A stretch of 64,000 nt of DNA from Dehalococcoidia bacterium (GCA_965237475.1 OZ250140.1:483549-547548); one strand, 5' to 3'. Shown: positions 20,957 to 31,923, numbered from the stretch's first letter. Notes: generated by a model not told the origin, from the sequence alone. Program-made: numbers and translations.

Positions 20957-22378
20957 GTGCCATCGTTGGCCGCGCAGTCAACGACCTCGGCAACGCCGGA
21001 TGCGCAGGGTAGGGCACACCGGACCATGAGTCGCGACACTTCAGTCCCTGGGGATGATCAAGAGCAGAGCCTGATGGCAAGCAGCTCTGCAGAGCCCGAA
21101 TTGCTGCTCTCAGTCCCGCCCCGCAGCAGGACACGCGCGGCGAGACGCGGGACGCCCGAGGCGGCGCTGCGCGAAATCCCGGACGGCGCCCGAATTGTCA
21201 TTCCGCCGCTCGGCGGGACTCCTCTTGGCCTGCTTGCCGAGCTGGACAGCCTCCGTCACGGCTGGACGCAGCTCGAGCTCGCCAGCGGACTGCTGCTGGA
21301 ACCGATCGCGCCGCTGGACCATCCCGGCGACCCGTTTAGATTCATCACGTATCAAACCAGCGCTGCATATCGTCCCGCAGAGGAAGCGGGAGTGCTCGAC
21401 CATATCCCGACGTTCTACGTTCAGGTGTCAGAGCTGTTCGAACCCGACAGCGCGCTGCCCGCCGACGCCGTCCTGGTCCAGGTCAGCCCGCCCAACGAGG
21501 AGGCCCGGTACTCGCTTGGCGCCTCGGTCGGCGGCATCCTCAACGCGCTTCGAACGGCGCCACTGGTGATCGGACAGGTCAATCCCCGCGTCCCCTACAC
21601 CTACGGCGCGTCGGAGCTGCTCGCCGAAGACTTCGACTGGCTGGTCGAGCTCGATGGGCGGATTCCCGAGGTCAACCGACCGCAGCCGGGCCCGATCGAG
21701 CAGCAAATCGCCGAGCACGTTGTCTCGCTGATCCGGGACGGCGCCACGCTGCAGTTTGGGATCGGCGCTGTGCCCGAGGCGATCATGGGCCTGCTCTCCA
21801 GCCGCTCCGACCTCGGTATTCATTCGGGCCTGTTCAGCGACGGCCTGATCGAGCTGCTCGAGAGCGGAGCCATCACGGGCGCGCGCAAAGGCACGGCGCC
21901 CGGCGTGATCGTCGTCACGGAAGCGATCGGCACGGCCAACCTGTACCGCTGGCTGGACTACAACAACCGCGTCCTGTTCGCTCCCGCGAGCTACACCCAC
22001 TCACCGATCGTGCTGTCGCAGCAACACCAGCTTGTCGCAATCAACTCCGCGATCGAAGTCGGGCTCGATGGCAGCGTCAATGCCGAAACGGTGCGCGGTC
22101 GCCGGATCTCCGGGCCGGGCGGTCAGCCCGACTTCGCGGCATCGGCGGTGATCCACGGCGGCTTGAATGTCATCGCCTTGCCATCGACAGCGGCGCGCGG
22201 TCGTGTGTCACGAATCGTCAAGGCGTTGCCGCCGGGTGCGGCGGTGACGACGCCGCCATATTTCGCCGACATCGTCGTCACAGAGCACGGCGCGGCTCAT
22301 CTCCGCGGCCGCACGCTTGCGCAGCGCGCTGCTGCCCTCCGCACCATTGCTCACCCCGACTTTCGATCCGATCTGTGA
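20957..22378 (+). CDS. acetyl-CoA hydrolase/transferase family protein (CoA-transferase family I, Cat1/4-hydroxybutyrate CoA-transferase-like); true start probably downstream (21026 or later)
   Basis: Motifs LVQVSPPNEEARYSLGASVGGI, GLDGSVNAETVRGRRISGPGGQPDF. Confidence 0.75.
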   Translation: MPSLAAQSTTSATPDAQGRAHRTMSRDTSVPGDDQEQSLMASSSAEPELLLSVPPRSRTRAARRGTPEAALREIPDGARIVIPPLGGTPLGLLAELDSLRHGWTQLELASGLLLEPIAPLDHPGDPFRFITYQTSAAYRPAEEAGVLDHIPTFYVQVSELFEPDSALPADAVLVQVSPPNEEARYSLGASVGGILNALRTAPLVIGQVNPRVPYTYGASELLAEDFDWLVELDGRIPEVNRPQPGPIEQQIAEHVVSLIRDGATLQFGIGAVPEAIMGLLSSRSDLGIHSGLFSDGLIELLESGAITGARKGTAPGVIVVTEAIGTANLYRWLDYNNRVLFAPASYTHSPIVLSQQHQLVAINSAIEVGLDGSVNAETVRGRRISGPGGQPDFAASAVIHGGLNVIALPSTAARGRVSRIVKALPPGAAVTTPPYFADIVVTEHGAAHLRGRTLAQRAAALRTIAHPDFRSDL

Positions 22379-22424
22379 CACTGACCTACGCCATTGATGT
22401 GCAGCCGACGAATTCGCCGGTGAT

Positions 22425-24083
22425 TTGATGACCTCCGCGCTCCAGGACCGAGTCGTCGCAATCCTCACCGGCTACGGCTGGCAGGGATTGCGCGGCGATG
22501 TGCTGGGCGGCGTCGCAACGGCCGTGGTCGCCCTGCCGGTCGCGCTGGCGCTAGGTGTGGCCGTTGCCGCGACATCGGGCGACGACCCAGGCGTCGGCGC
22601 GCTGGCCGGGCTCTGGGGCGCGGTTGCGGTGGGATTCTTCGCCGCCGTGTTCGGCGGGACCCGTGGGCTGATGTCGGGTCCATCGGCGCCGATGACGGTG
22701 GCGATGACCGCCGTCGTCAGTCAATACAGCCTGGCCGAGGCATTCACGGTGGTGGTGCTGGCCGGACTGATCCAGATCGCGATGGGCGCGCTGCGACTGG
22801 GGCGGTTCATCGCCTACACGCCGTATTCCGTGATCTCGGGTCTGGTCTCGGGCGTGGGCGTGATCATCGTCGTCCTGCATGTCGCGCCCTTCTTCGGCTC
22901 GGAGCTGGAGTCGGGAGGTCTGCTCCGGCAGTTCGCCGCCTGGCCCGATGTCCTGCGCGAGATCGATATCGCCGCGTTCATCCTGGGCGCGGTGACGCTG
23001 CTGGTCGCGATCTTCTGGCCGCTCAGATTGCGCAAGTTCGTCCCGCCAACCCTCGCGGCGCTGATCGCGGGCGCGTTGATCGGGGTCCTCTTGCTCTCCG
23101 ATGCGCCGGTGATCGGCGATGTTCCCTCCGGCCTGCCCAGCCTCGACTGGCCGGCCTTCTCAGGCGGTTTCCTGGTCAGCGCCCTGCAGTCGGCTCTGGT
23201 TGTGGCCTTGATCGGCGCGTTCGCCAGCCTGCTCAGTTCGCCGATCGCTGATGCCATGACTCGAGCGGTGCATGACCCCAATCGCGAGCTGATCGGGCAG
23301 GGCTTGGGCAACACGGTCTCCGGCCTGATCGGCGGACTCCCCGGCGGGGCGACGGTGCTGACCACGGTGGTCAACATCCGCGCCGGCGGGCGCTCACCCG
23401 TGGCCGGAGTGATCGTCGCGCTGCTGATGTTGGCCGTGGCCCTGGGCGCCGGCCGGCTGACGGAGCCGATCCCGCAGGCCGTGCTCGCCGGCATCCTGGT
23501 CAAGATCGGTTGGGATGTCATCGACTGGCGCTTCCTGCTGCGCGTCCGTCGGCTGCCTCGCGGTCAAGTCGCGGTGATGGCGATGACACTGATCGTGATG
23601 ATCTTTACGGATGTCATCACTGCGGTCGCGATCGGGCTGATCCTGGCCGGGATGGCCAACGCCGCTCGACTGGAACGCATCGAGTTGAGCGACGTCATCT
23701 CGGTGCCGCTGCTTGAGAGATCGATGGACGACCCCTTCCTCGCGCGCGTCGGCTTGGTGCAGTTGCGGGGACGATTCACCGTCGCCTCATCGAATGCGCT
23801 CGTGCGAGTGATCACCGAGGACATCGAAGAGCATGAGGTGGTGATCTTCGACTTTACCCGCGCCTCGGAGTTCGACGACAGCGCGGTTCGAGTGCTGGAG
23901 CAGCTCTTCCATCGAGCGGAGGAGAACAACACCCCCAGCATCGTCGCGGGCCTCCGCGGAGCCCCGGCCGATGCGCTGGAGTCGATCGGCGCGCTCGACA
24001 TGATCCCGAACGATCGTCGTGTCGAGACGCTGGAAGAGGCCAGAGTGCTGGCCCAACAACTGCTTCCGAAAATCAGTCCGTAG
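22425..24083 (+). CDS. SulP family anion transporter with C-terminal STAS domain
   Basis: 552 aa. Multiple TM segments; GPSAPMTVAMTAVV SulP signature; STAS-like C-terminus. Confidence 0.85.
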   Translation: MMTSALQDRVVAILTGYGWQGLRGDVLGGVATAVVALPVALALGVAVAATSGDDPGVGALAGLWGAVAVGFFAAVFGGTRGLMSGPSAPMTVAMTAVVSQYSLAEAFTVVVLAGLIQIAMGALRLGRFIAYTPYSVISGLVSGVGVIIVVLHVAPFFGSELESGGLLRQFAAWPDVLREIDIAAFILGAVTLLVAIFWPLRLRKFVPPTLAALIAGALIGVLLLSDAPVIGDVPSGLPSLDWPAFSGGFLVSALQSALVVALIGAFASLLSSPIADAMTRAVHDPNRELIGQGLGNTVSGLIGGLPGGATVLTTVVNIRAGGRSPVAGVIVALLMLAVALGAGRLTEPIPQAVLAGILVKIGWDVIDWRFLLRVRRLPRGQVAVMAMTLIVMIFTDVITAVAIGLILAGMANAARLERIELSDVISVPLLERSMDDPFLARVGLVQLRGRFTVASSNALVRVITEDIEEHEVVIFDFTRASEFDDSAVRVLEQLFHRAEENNTPSIVAGLRGAPADALESIGALDMIPNDRRVETLEEARVLAQQLLPKISP

Positions 24084-24106
24084 AGCCGGCAAGGAATCAG
24101 CCGGCT
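24084..24106 (+). terminator. stem-loop immediately after the SulP stop (agccggc-aaggaatc-gccggct); no T-tract
   Basis: 7-bp perfect inverted repeat 1 nt after the stop codon. Confidence 0.3.
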
Positions 24107-24330
24107 GCCAGAAGACTGACCGGAACCGTAAGCCAGAATCTGTTCCGCAGGAAGGCGCGACGCCGACTTCGCCCTCTGAAGCCCCTGGCGACGGCGCTGA
24201 TTGCGGCCCACGCGCCGTGTCGTTTCGGGCGGTGTTTCAGCGCGACTCAGCCTTCGGGGTCGCGCTGCACCCGTGACTCCCCAGTGCGGACATAACGCCT
24301 AGCGCGCGCAAGCGCTCCTGGCGTCGATAA

Positions 24331-27300
24331 TTGGCTCATTCTGATCATCAGAGTGAGCGAGTGCGCGGGAGAGGGCGATCCATGGGCGAACTCACGCGGC
24401 GCGCGCGGCGTGTGTGTGCGGCGGTCTTCGGCATTGTCCGCCATCGCCCCACGTTGCTGCTCGTCGGAGTTGCAGGAGTTGCCCTGCTCGGCGCCTTGCT
24501 GTCCAGCCCCTTGTCCGCCCATGGCCAGAGCTTCGACCAGGTGTCCGCGGACACCACCGCCCGCTGGATCGTTGAGGGCGGCCGCGTCTCGGCCGGCGGT
24601 GGCAACGGCTTGACCAAGTTCGCCCAACTTTCCGATGCCGGTGCGATCGACGAAGGCCACAGCGTGTCTGCCGTGGTGTGGAGCACTGCGCCGCACGGTC
24701 CGTCTGGCATCGGGATTAGGGGCGCCTACTCGTCCATCGCCAACACCCCGACGAGCGGCGGGCCCGCGACCACTCAGACAACGCCGGCTGAGGTGCTAGT
24801 CACCCCGACCTTTCTGAGGATCGCGGAGGCCGGCAGCGGTAGCTATTGGGTCTGGTTGCGAACCGCGCCCAGCGCCGATGTGGCGATCGTGATCAGCGCG
24901 GGTGCGGGCGTCGCGGCCTACCCGGCGGAGGTCAAGTTTACGCCTACGAGCTGGCGGAGCGCTCAGATCATCACCGTCAGCGCGCCGGACGACGCGGACA
25001 CGACCAACGAAGACATCTTGATCACGCATGAAGTCAAGATCGGCAGCGCGTCCGAGTACCTAAACGTGGTCGTGCGGAGCGTGCACGTGGTGATAGAAGA
25101 CGACGATGATGCCGGGATCTACGTGTCGCCGACCCGGATGCGGATCGCCGAAGGCCACTCGGCGACGATTGACGTGAAGCTGGAAGCTGCGCCGACGGCG
25201 GATGTGACGGTGACTCCGACGGCGACGACGACGACAGGCGACAGCTCGGTTCCGGACTTCGATTCGTTGACGTTTACCAGCAACGATTGGAACACGGCGC
25301 AACAGCTCACGCTGTCCGCCCCGCAGGACGCCGGCATTAGCAGCGAGGGCTTCAGGATTACGTTCACGGCCGGGAGTAGCGACAGCAACTACAACATCAC
25401 CAAATACAGAGGACCGGAGGTCGTCGTCGAGTTCGCCGACGACGACGGCCGTTGGGCGTGTCTGAGCGTCCGGCCTAAGCGTCTGTATGTGCCGGAGGCT
25501 GGGACAGCCACGTTCAATGTTGCGCTCTGCACCAAGCCCAGGGCCAGACGTGCGGGTGGTTCGCCCGACGTCGGGATCAGCATCTCCGCCGGCGGGGACG
25601 TGACGGTCGACCCGAACAGGCTCCGCTTCGACGAGTCGAACTGGGCGTCGGGGATCACTGTGACCGTCAGCGCCGGAGCCGATGAGGACGGCGCCAATGA
25701 CGAGGTCACCGTCAACATTCGAGGCAGTGGGGGTGGCGATTCCCTCTACGCCGGCACGGAGGCTCAGGTCCCGGTCATCGTCATCGATGACGACAGCGGC
25801 GGGATCATCAACCCAACTGACATCACGGTTCCCGAGGGTGGCAGGGGCTACTACAAAGCCATGGTCATCTCCGAACCCTCGGGTGTCGTGACCATCTCCA
25901 TCTCAGCGGGCCCGGGCGTGACCACGAACGTCTCCCGGCTCAGCTTCACGCCCTCAAACTGGGAGACGCCCCAGTACGTGATCGTCAGCGCGCCCGCCGA
26001 CTCCGTCACGGAGAACGTCGGCCTCCAGTTGTCCCATTCGATCGGCGGCAGCTCGAGCGAATATGACGCCATCACGCTGCCGGATGTAATGGTCACAGTG
26101 GCCGACAGTGGAGCTGGTCCGGTCAATTTCGCCCGGGCAGATCAGGCCGACGGCACCCAACTGAGCTGGAGTCCGCCGCCGACGCCGATCACCCCCGGCC
26201 TCCGCACCGAGGTCTACCAGTACGAGCTCGAGCGATCCGTCGATGGCGGCGCCTTCGCGTTGCTGACCTGCGTCGACGGGGACTCGGGCAGCCTCCTCGA
26301 CGAGAGCGTCGTGGAGGGCACGGCGTACCGCTACCGGGTCCGCGCCGTCTACTACGCCACCACCCGCTGTGCAGCGTTGCGAGACATCGAGCTGACGTCG
26401 GGGGCACTTGTTCAGTGTGAGGCCTCCGGTGTCTGGTCCGACGGCGACACGATCTGGGTCGCGCACGAATCCGATCAGACGCTCTACGCATACGATCTGG
26501 CGACGGGCGACGCGCAAGCCGACGATGACATCACACCGAACACTGCCTACACGGATGTCGACGGTGGCCTGTGGGGCGACGCAACGCGCATCTGGACCGT
26601 GACCGCGAAGCACCCCCGACCCAGTCTCCCTGAACAAGTCGCGTTTGTCCCATATCGGATATCCGACGGCGCGTTCCTCTCGAGCGATCTCCTACCTACC
26701 AATGGCGACATGCGCCCCATCGGCTACCACCCGAGTGGCGTGGACCGTGCAGCGCTACCAGCGGCCGAGGCGTTCTTCAGCGACGGTTCGACGTTCTGGG
26801 CCGCCGCGTCGGGGCGTGACACGTTGTTCGCCTACCGAGCGTCCGACGGCGAGCGCGACTACGACAAGGACATCCTCGTGCCGGACACGGTCTGTCAGCA
26901 CGATCAGGTCGTGGGCATCTGGCACGATTCATCGCAGGGTCTGTTATATCTGGCGACGCAGTGCTCCACGCGAAAGCTGTTTGCGCTTGACCTGTCAGAC
27001 GGGCCGGGGAACGCGCACCACATCCCCGTTCACGACGTCACGTTGCCTCCTGCGCATGGCGAGATTAAAGACTTCTGGTCCGACGGCGACATTGTCTGGG
27101 TCAGTTCCAACACCAGCTCTACAACCACCAGGGACAAGCTGCTCGCCTACCCGCTGCACAACAACCGCCAGTACTCGGGCTGGTCCTCGCCGCCTGCCGT
27201 GGAGTCGGTCACGGTGGCCGAGGCCTCGATCACGCAGACCGAGGCGACGGCAACGGCCACGGTCAGCGAGCCCAACGGCGGACTCGTCCACCTCCGTTAC

Positions 27301-30300
27301 TCAGACACAACTGACCCCGAGAACTGGACGCTCACCTCTCTGACGGCGGAGATCGGCTCGACGACGGTCGACTTCCTGCTGACCGGCCTCACCGCGAACC
27401 GTGAGTATACGGTGGAGGCGTCCTTCGACAGCAGCCTCCCGGCGGCGCGTACGAAGACGGCCACGTTTAGGACGCTGCCGCCCGCTATCGAGTCCGTCGG
27501 CGCGATCGCAAAGACGCAGACCACGGCCACCATCAGCGCCATCATCAGCGCTCCGAACGGCGACTCGAAGAGGGTCCAGCTCCGCTACCGGATCAAGGAC
27601 GAGACGGCGTGGCAGGCAACGGACCCAGTAGATACGACCAATGATCACGCGGACTTCGCGCTGAGCGACCTCACCTCCGGGACCGACTACGAGCTGGAGG
27701 CCTCGTTCGACAGCAACTTCCCGACCGACGAGACGACTACCGGCAAGTTCGCGACCGAACCGCCCAGCGTGGATTCGGTCGTCGCGAGCGGCGAGACGCA
27801 GACCGGGGCGACGATCACCGTGAATGTCATCGAGCCAAACGGCAGCCTCGTCTACATCCGATTCCGCGCCGGCGCGACCTGGAAGTCCGAATCCGCGGAG
27901 GTCGCGTCCGGCGAGGTCTCGCACGAGTTCACCCTGATCGATCTGACGTCGGATACCACTTACCAGGTGGACGCGTCGTACGACAACACCTTCACCGACA
28001 GTGACGCGATCCGCTCTGACAGCTTCAAGACGCTGCCGCCGAATGTGGAATCGGTCGACGTCAGTGACGAGGGACAGACGAGTGCGACCGTCACGGTCAC
28101 CGTCGAAGCGCCCAACGGCAGTGAAGTGCAGCTACGCTACCGCACCGGTACCGGTGGCTGGAGGACGACCCGCAAGCCCGTACTCGCCGGCGAAACATCC
28201 GTCGAGTTCGCGTTGCGCGGGCTGATCTCCGACCGCGAATACGAGGTCCAGGCCTCCTACGATTCGAGCTTCCCGGACACCGATGCCACGCTGTCGACGA
28301 CCTTCACAACCCTGCCGCCCAGCGTCTACTCCGTCATCGTTCGCGACAAGACCGAGACGACCGCGAACGCCAAGATCAAGATCGCCGCGCCGAACGGCGA
28401 CTCGCAGACCGTCCGGCTGCGCTACTCCCCCACAGCGGCGGAAAGCTGGAGCACCGCCGAGCCGGCCACCAGCACTGACGCAGACGCGACGATCCCGCTC
28501 CAGAGTCTGACCGCCGCCACGCAGTACAAGGCGGAGGCCACGCTGGCAAGCGACTTCACCTCCGGTGTGCGCTCGACCGTCTTCTCCACCCTGGGCGATG
28601 ACGCAATCGTCGAGGACATCTTTGTGTACGAAGAAGACATCCACCAGACAGAAGCCTGGGCGACGATCATCGTCGCCAACGTGGGCGGAGTGCCGAGACA
28701 CGTCTACCTTCGGTACCGCACCGCCGGCGATACGCCGGGAAGCTGGAACGCAACGCTGCTGGAGGCCGATACCGATCCGATCGCTCAAGATACTGCGACG
28801 ATCAGGATCACGAATCTGATCGCCGGCACGCAGTACGACGTGCAGGCGTCGCTGGACTCGACGTTTGCCACCGGCACTCAGCAGACCACCTTCACGACCG
28901 ACGCGCCGGACCCGGAGATCGTGAGTGTGATCGCCACCAGCGACTCGTCGACCAGGGCCACGGTCACGGTCACCATCAACCACCCGGATGGCAGCAGCGT
29001 CTACGTGGGTTACCGCACGACGGGCGACCCGCCCGGCTCATGGAGCGCGCCCGTTGATTTCGCCGCCGACACGTCCAGACACTCGCTGACTCTGTCTGGC
29101 CTGTCTCCGTCGACAGAGTATGAAGTGACGGCGGTGTTCGGCACCCCGTTCCCCGCGACACCACGCGTGTCGGACATCTTTTCCACCCTGGCGTTCGATG
29201 CCACGCTCACCGACGTACGGGTGACGAACATCGCGCAGTCGGGCTCGGGCGGCGCAGCCAAGGCGACGGTCACCGTCGCAATCGCCAACGCAAACAACAT
29301 GGCTCGGATGATTTACCTGCAATATCGCGAGGTCGGCGCCGCCGCCTGGAGTGACCCACCCCTGGAAGTCAGCGTCACTGAAACTGCCACGCGTGACATC
29401 ACGACCTTGATGGTCAGCTCGAACTACGAGCTGCAGGCATCGCTCACGGACGACTTCACCAGCCCTGCCGCAACCAGCTTTTCTACGCCGGACGTGGTGA
29501 AGGTCAGCGTCGACGTAACCGAGCAGACCGCGAAGGTCACCGTCGAGATCGGCAACCCCGGGAGTGCGGAGAAGACGGTGCACCTCCGCTACGGTCCCGT
29601 CGATGAAACCGAAACGCAGACAAGCACGAAGAGCGAAAGGACAACCAAGACGAGCAGGAGCAGCACCGAGACGAAGAGCAGCACCGAGACGAAGAGCAAG
29701 GAGGGGACAACGACCGGCGACAGTGTCGAGATCCCCCTGCCAGCCCTGATTCCCGACCAGATGTACTCGGTCGAGGCGTCGCTCGATGACAGCTTCAATC
29801 GGGGCGTAAGACGCGCAGAGTTCCGCACAGAGGCGGGCACCAGCCCGATCATCACCACCCCCGGCGGCGGTGGCGGCGGCGGTGGCGGCGGTCCACCGCC
29901 CAAGCCGGTCCCATCCGAAGCCGATTTCACCTGGAACGTCACCCGCGACATCGACTCACTGCACGGGGGGAACGACCAGCCCACAGGGATTTGGGGAGAC
30001 GGTGAGCTGCTCTGGGTCCTGCAGAATGCTACCTCCGGCCCCGACGCCATCTTCGTCTACGACCTTGAAACCGGCGAACGCGTGGAGGACCGCGAGTTCG
30101 AACTCGACCACAGAAATCGCTTCTCGCACGGCATCTGGTCCGACGGCGAAACCATCTGGATCTCCGACAGCGGCCGCGACCTGCTCTTCGCCTACGACAT
30201 CGACACCGGGGAACGCTTGCCCGAGCTGGATATCGAACTCCACGAGGACAACCGCGACCCGCGTGACATCTGGTCCGACGGTGAGGTGATCTACGTACTC

Positions 30301-31683
30301 GACAACCGCAGAGATTCGATCTTCGCCTATGACCTCGAAACTGGCGAACTGATCGCCGAGTACGAACTCGACAAACTCAACGCCGATCCGCGCGGCATCT
30401 GGTCCGATGGAGTCACAATCTGGGTCTCCGATGACGCCGCCAATCGCATCTTCGCGTACCGCATCGACGGCGAAACGCTCAAGCGGATCGAGGCGGAGGA
30501 GTTCAGCTTCCAACAGTTGCTGCGCGCCGGCAACGGCGACCCGCGCGGCATCTGGTCCGACGGCGGGGTGGTCTACGTCGTCGACGACGCAGACGACAAG
30601 GTCTACACCTACAACCTGCCCGACGCGATCGACGCGCGCCTCGCGTCACTATCGCTGAGCGGCATCGCGATCGACGAGTTCTCACCGAGACGGAAGTCAT
30701 ACGCGGCGATCCTCAGCAGTGGTCTGACCGAGACCACCGTGCAGGCCACCGCGATGCAGGAGGAGGCCACGGTCATGCTCGCACCGACCGACGCTGATGC
30801 CGACCCCGAGAACGGTCACCAGGCGGCAGTGTCGGACGGGATGGAAATCACTGTCACGGTGATCTCTCCCGACCGCAGCCGCACGCGGGTCTACCGGGTA
30901 TCGCTCCGGCACTGCCTCTCCGGTCTGACCGAGGTGGGCCTCAGTCTTGTCACCTACGTCGGCGGCAGCCTGGTTGACCTGGCGGATTGCGCTCGCGACC
31001 TTTCCGTGGGAATGCTCTACGACCACAAAGAGACCGGCTGGACCGGATTCTTCCTCGACTATCCCGTGTTCCTCAGTCAGCCCTTCCGCGACCGCTTCGC
31101 CGACGGCCTGGCGGCCGGCCAGGTGCTGATCGCCAACCGCGCGCCGGCCGGCAGCGGGCATTGCCTCTCCGGTCTCACTGACGAGCATCTCAGCGCCGTC
31201 ACCTACACCGGCGGCAGCCTCGCTGAACTGGCGGATTGCGCTCGCGATCTCTTCGTCGACACGCTTTATAGCCAGACCGAGGACGGCTGGACCGGATTCT
31301 TCCCCGGCTATGCCACGTTCCTCAGTCAGCCCTTCCGCGAGCGGTTCCCCGACGGTCTGGGGGCTGGCCAGGCGCTGATCGCCAAACGCGCGCCCGCCGG
31401 CAGCGAGCGCTGCCTCCCAGGTCTCACCGAGGCGCCGCTCAGTGCCGTGACCTACACCGGCGGCAGCCTGGATGGGCTGGCGGAGTGCGCCCGCGATCTC
31501 TCCGTCGACGCGCTCTACCACTACACAAGGGACGGTTGGACCGGGTTCTTCCCGGACCATCCCGCCTTCCTCAGCCAGCCCTTCTTCGACCGCTTCGCCG
31601 GCGGCCTGGCAGCTCGCCAGTCGCTGATCGCGAAACGCAACCCAGCTGCGATCACTACACCGATCAACGGCAGCCCGAACTGA
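24331..31683 (+). CDS. giant exported repeat protein 1 (2450 aa): beta-sandwich repeats, two propeller-like 'WSDG' repeat blocks, about 12 Fn3-like repeats, poly-Gly hinge, triple ~80-aa Cys-containing C-terminal repeats
   Basis: Likely start at Met 24382 followed by a signal peptide (LLLVGVAGVALLGALLSSPLSAHG). Repeats are visible directly in the translation. 18-bp tandem repeat (agcaccgagacgaagagc x2) in a T/S/K-rich linker at about 29660-29700. Confidence 0.85.
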   Translation: MAHSDHQSERVRGRGRSMGELTRRARRVCAAVFGIVRHRPTLLLVGVAGVALLGALLSSPLSAHGQSFDQVSADTTARWIVEGGRVSAGGGNGLTKFAQLSDAGAIDEGHSVSAVVWSTAPHGPSGIGIRGAYSSIANTPTSGGPATTQTTPAEVLVTPTFLRIAEAGSGSYWVWLRTAPSADVAIVISAGAGVAAYPAEVKFTPTSWRSAQIITVSAPDDADTTNEDILITHEVKIGSASEYLNVVVRSVHVVIEDDDDAGIYVSPTRMRIAEGHSATIDVKLEAAPTADVTVTPTATTTTGDSSVPDFDSLTFTSNDWNTAQQLTLSAPQDAGISSEGFRITFTAGSSDSNYNITKYRGPEVVVEFADDDGRWACLSVRPKRLYVPEAGTATFNVALCTKPRARRAGGSPDVGISISAGGDVTVDPNRLRFDESNWASGITVTVSAGADEDGANDEVTVNIRGSGGGDSLYAGTEAQVPVIVIDDDSGGIINPTDITVPEGGRGYYKAMVISEPSGVVTISISAGPGVTTNVSRLSFTPSNWETPQYVIVSAPADSVTENVGLQLSHSIGGSSSEYDAITLPDVMVTVADSGAGPVNFARADQADGTQLSWSPPPTPITPGLRTEVYQYELERSVDGGAFALLTCVDGDSGSLLDESVVEGTAYRYRVRAVYYATTRCAALRDIELTSGALVQCEASGVWSDGDTIWVAHESDQTLYAYDLATGDAQADDDITPNTAYTDVDGGLWGDATRIWTVTAKHPRPSLPEQVAFVPYRISDGAFLSSDLLPTNGDMRPIGYHPSGVDRAALPAAEAFFSDGSTFWAAASGRDTLFAYRASDGERDYDKDILVPDTVCQHDQVVGIWHDSSQGLLYLATQCSTRKLFALDLSDGPGNAHHIPVHDVTLPPAHGEIKDFWSDGDIVWVSSNTSSTTTRDKLLAYPLHNNRQYSGWSSPPAVESVTVAEASITQTEATATATVSEPNGGLVHLRYSDTTDPENWTLTSLTAEIGSTTVDFLLTGLTANREYTVEASFDSSLPAARTKTATFRTLPPAIESVGAIAKTQTTATISAIISAPNGDSKRVQLRYRIKDETAWQATDPVDTTNDHADFALSDLTSGTDYELEASFDSNFPTDETTTGKFATEPPSVDSVVASGETQTGATITVNVIEPNGSLVYIRFRAGATWKSESAEVASGEVSHEFTLIDLTSDTTYQVDASYDNTFTDSDAIRSDSFKTLPPNVESVDVSDEGQTSATVTVTVEAPNGSEVQLRYRTGTGGWRTTRKPVLAGETSVEFALRGLISDREYEVQASYDSSFPDTDATLSTTFTTLPPSVYSVIVRDKTETTANAKIKIAAPNGDSQTVRLRYSPTAAESWSTAEPATSTDADATIPLQSLTAATQYKAEATLASDFTSGVRSTVFSTLGDDAIVEDIFVYEEDIHQTEAWATIIVANVGGVPRHVYLRYRTAGDTPGSWNATLLEADTDPIAQDTATIRITNLIAGTQYDVQASLDSTFATGTQQTTFTTDAPDPEIVSVIATSDSSTRATVTVTINHPDGSSVYVGYRTTGDPPGSWSAPVDFAADTSRHSLTLSGLSPSTEYEVTAVFGTPFPATPRVSDIFSTLAFDATLTDVRVTNIAQSGSGGAAKATVTVAIANANNMARMIYLQYREVGAAAWSDPPLEVSVTETATRDITTLMVSSNYELQASLTDDFTSPAATSFSTPDVVKVSVDVTEQTAKVTVEIGNPGSAEKTVHLRYGPVDETETQTSTKSERTTKTSRSSTETKSSTETKSKEGTTTGDSVEIPLPALIPDQMYSVEASLDDSFNRGVRRAEFRTEAGTSPIITTPGGGGGGGGGGPPPKPVPSEADFTWNVTRDIDSLHGGNDQPTGIWGDGELLWVLQNATSGPDAIFVYDLETGERVEDREFELDHRNRFSHGIWSDGETIWISDSGRDLLFAYDIDTGERLPELDIELHEDNRDPRDIWSDGEVIYVLDNRRDSIFAYDLETGELIAEYELDKLNADPRGIWSDGVTIWVSDDAANRIFAYRIDGETLKRIEAEEFSFQQLLRAGNGDPRGIWSDGGVVYVVDDADDKVYTYNLPDAIDARLASLSLSGIAIDEFSPRRKSYAAILSSGLTETTVQATAMQEEATVMLAPTDADADPENGHQAAVSDGMEITVTVISPDRSRTRVYRVSLRHCLSGLTEVGLSLVTYVGGSLVDLADCARDLSVGMLYDHKETGWTGFFLDYPVFLSQPFRDRFADGLAAGQVLIANRAPAGSGHCLSGLTDEHLSAVTYTGGSLAELADCARDLFVDTLYSQTEDGWTGFFPGYATFLSQPFRERFPDGLGAGQALIAKRAPAGSERCLPGLTEAPLSAVTYTGGSLDGLAECARDLSVDALYHYTRDGWTGFFPDHPAFLSQPFFDRFAGGLAARQSLIAKRNPAAITTPINGSPN

Positions 31684-31923
31684 CAGGCTGACATCGGATC
31701 GTCGGACGGTGCGTCGCCGAGGCGGTTGATGCGGTCCGCGTGCGGGACGACGGCCGTTCCGTGTCCGCCTGTCAGCGTCGAGTTCCATCGGCCTTCATTG
31801 CTCGCGGCGGAAGCTCGCAACACGTCCGTTGAGGACCGCCCTGCTGCCCCTAGGCGCCAACTGGTCGCCAACATGTCGCCGCCGCCTGACGTATATTCAA
31901 CCCACTTGATGGGGGGATGAACC

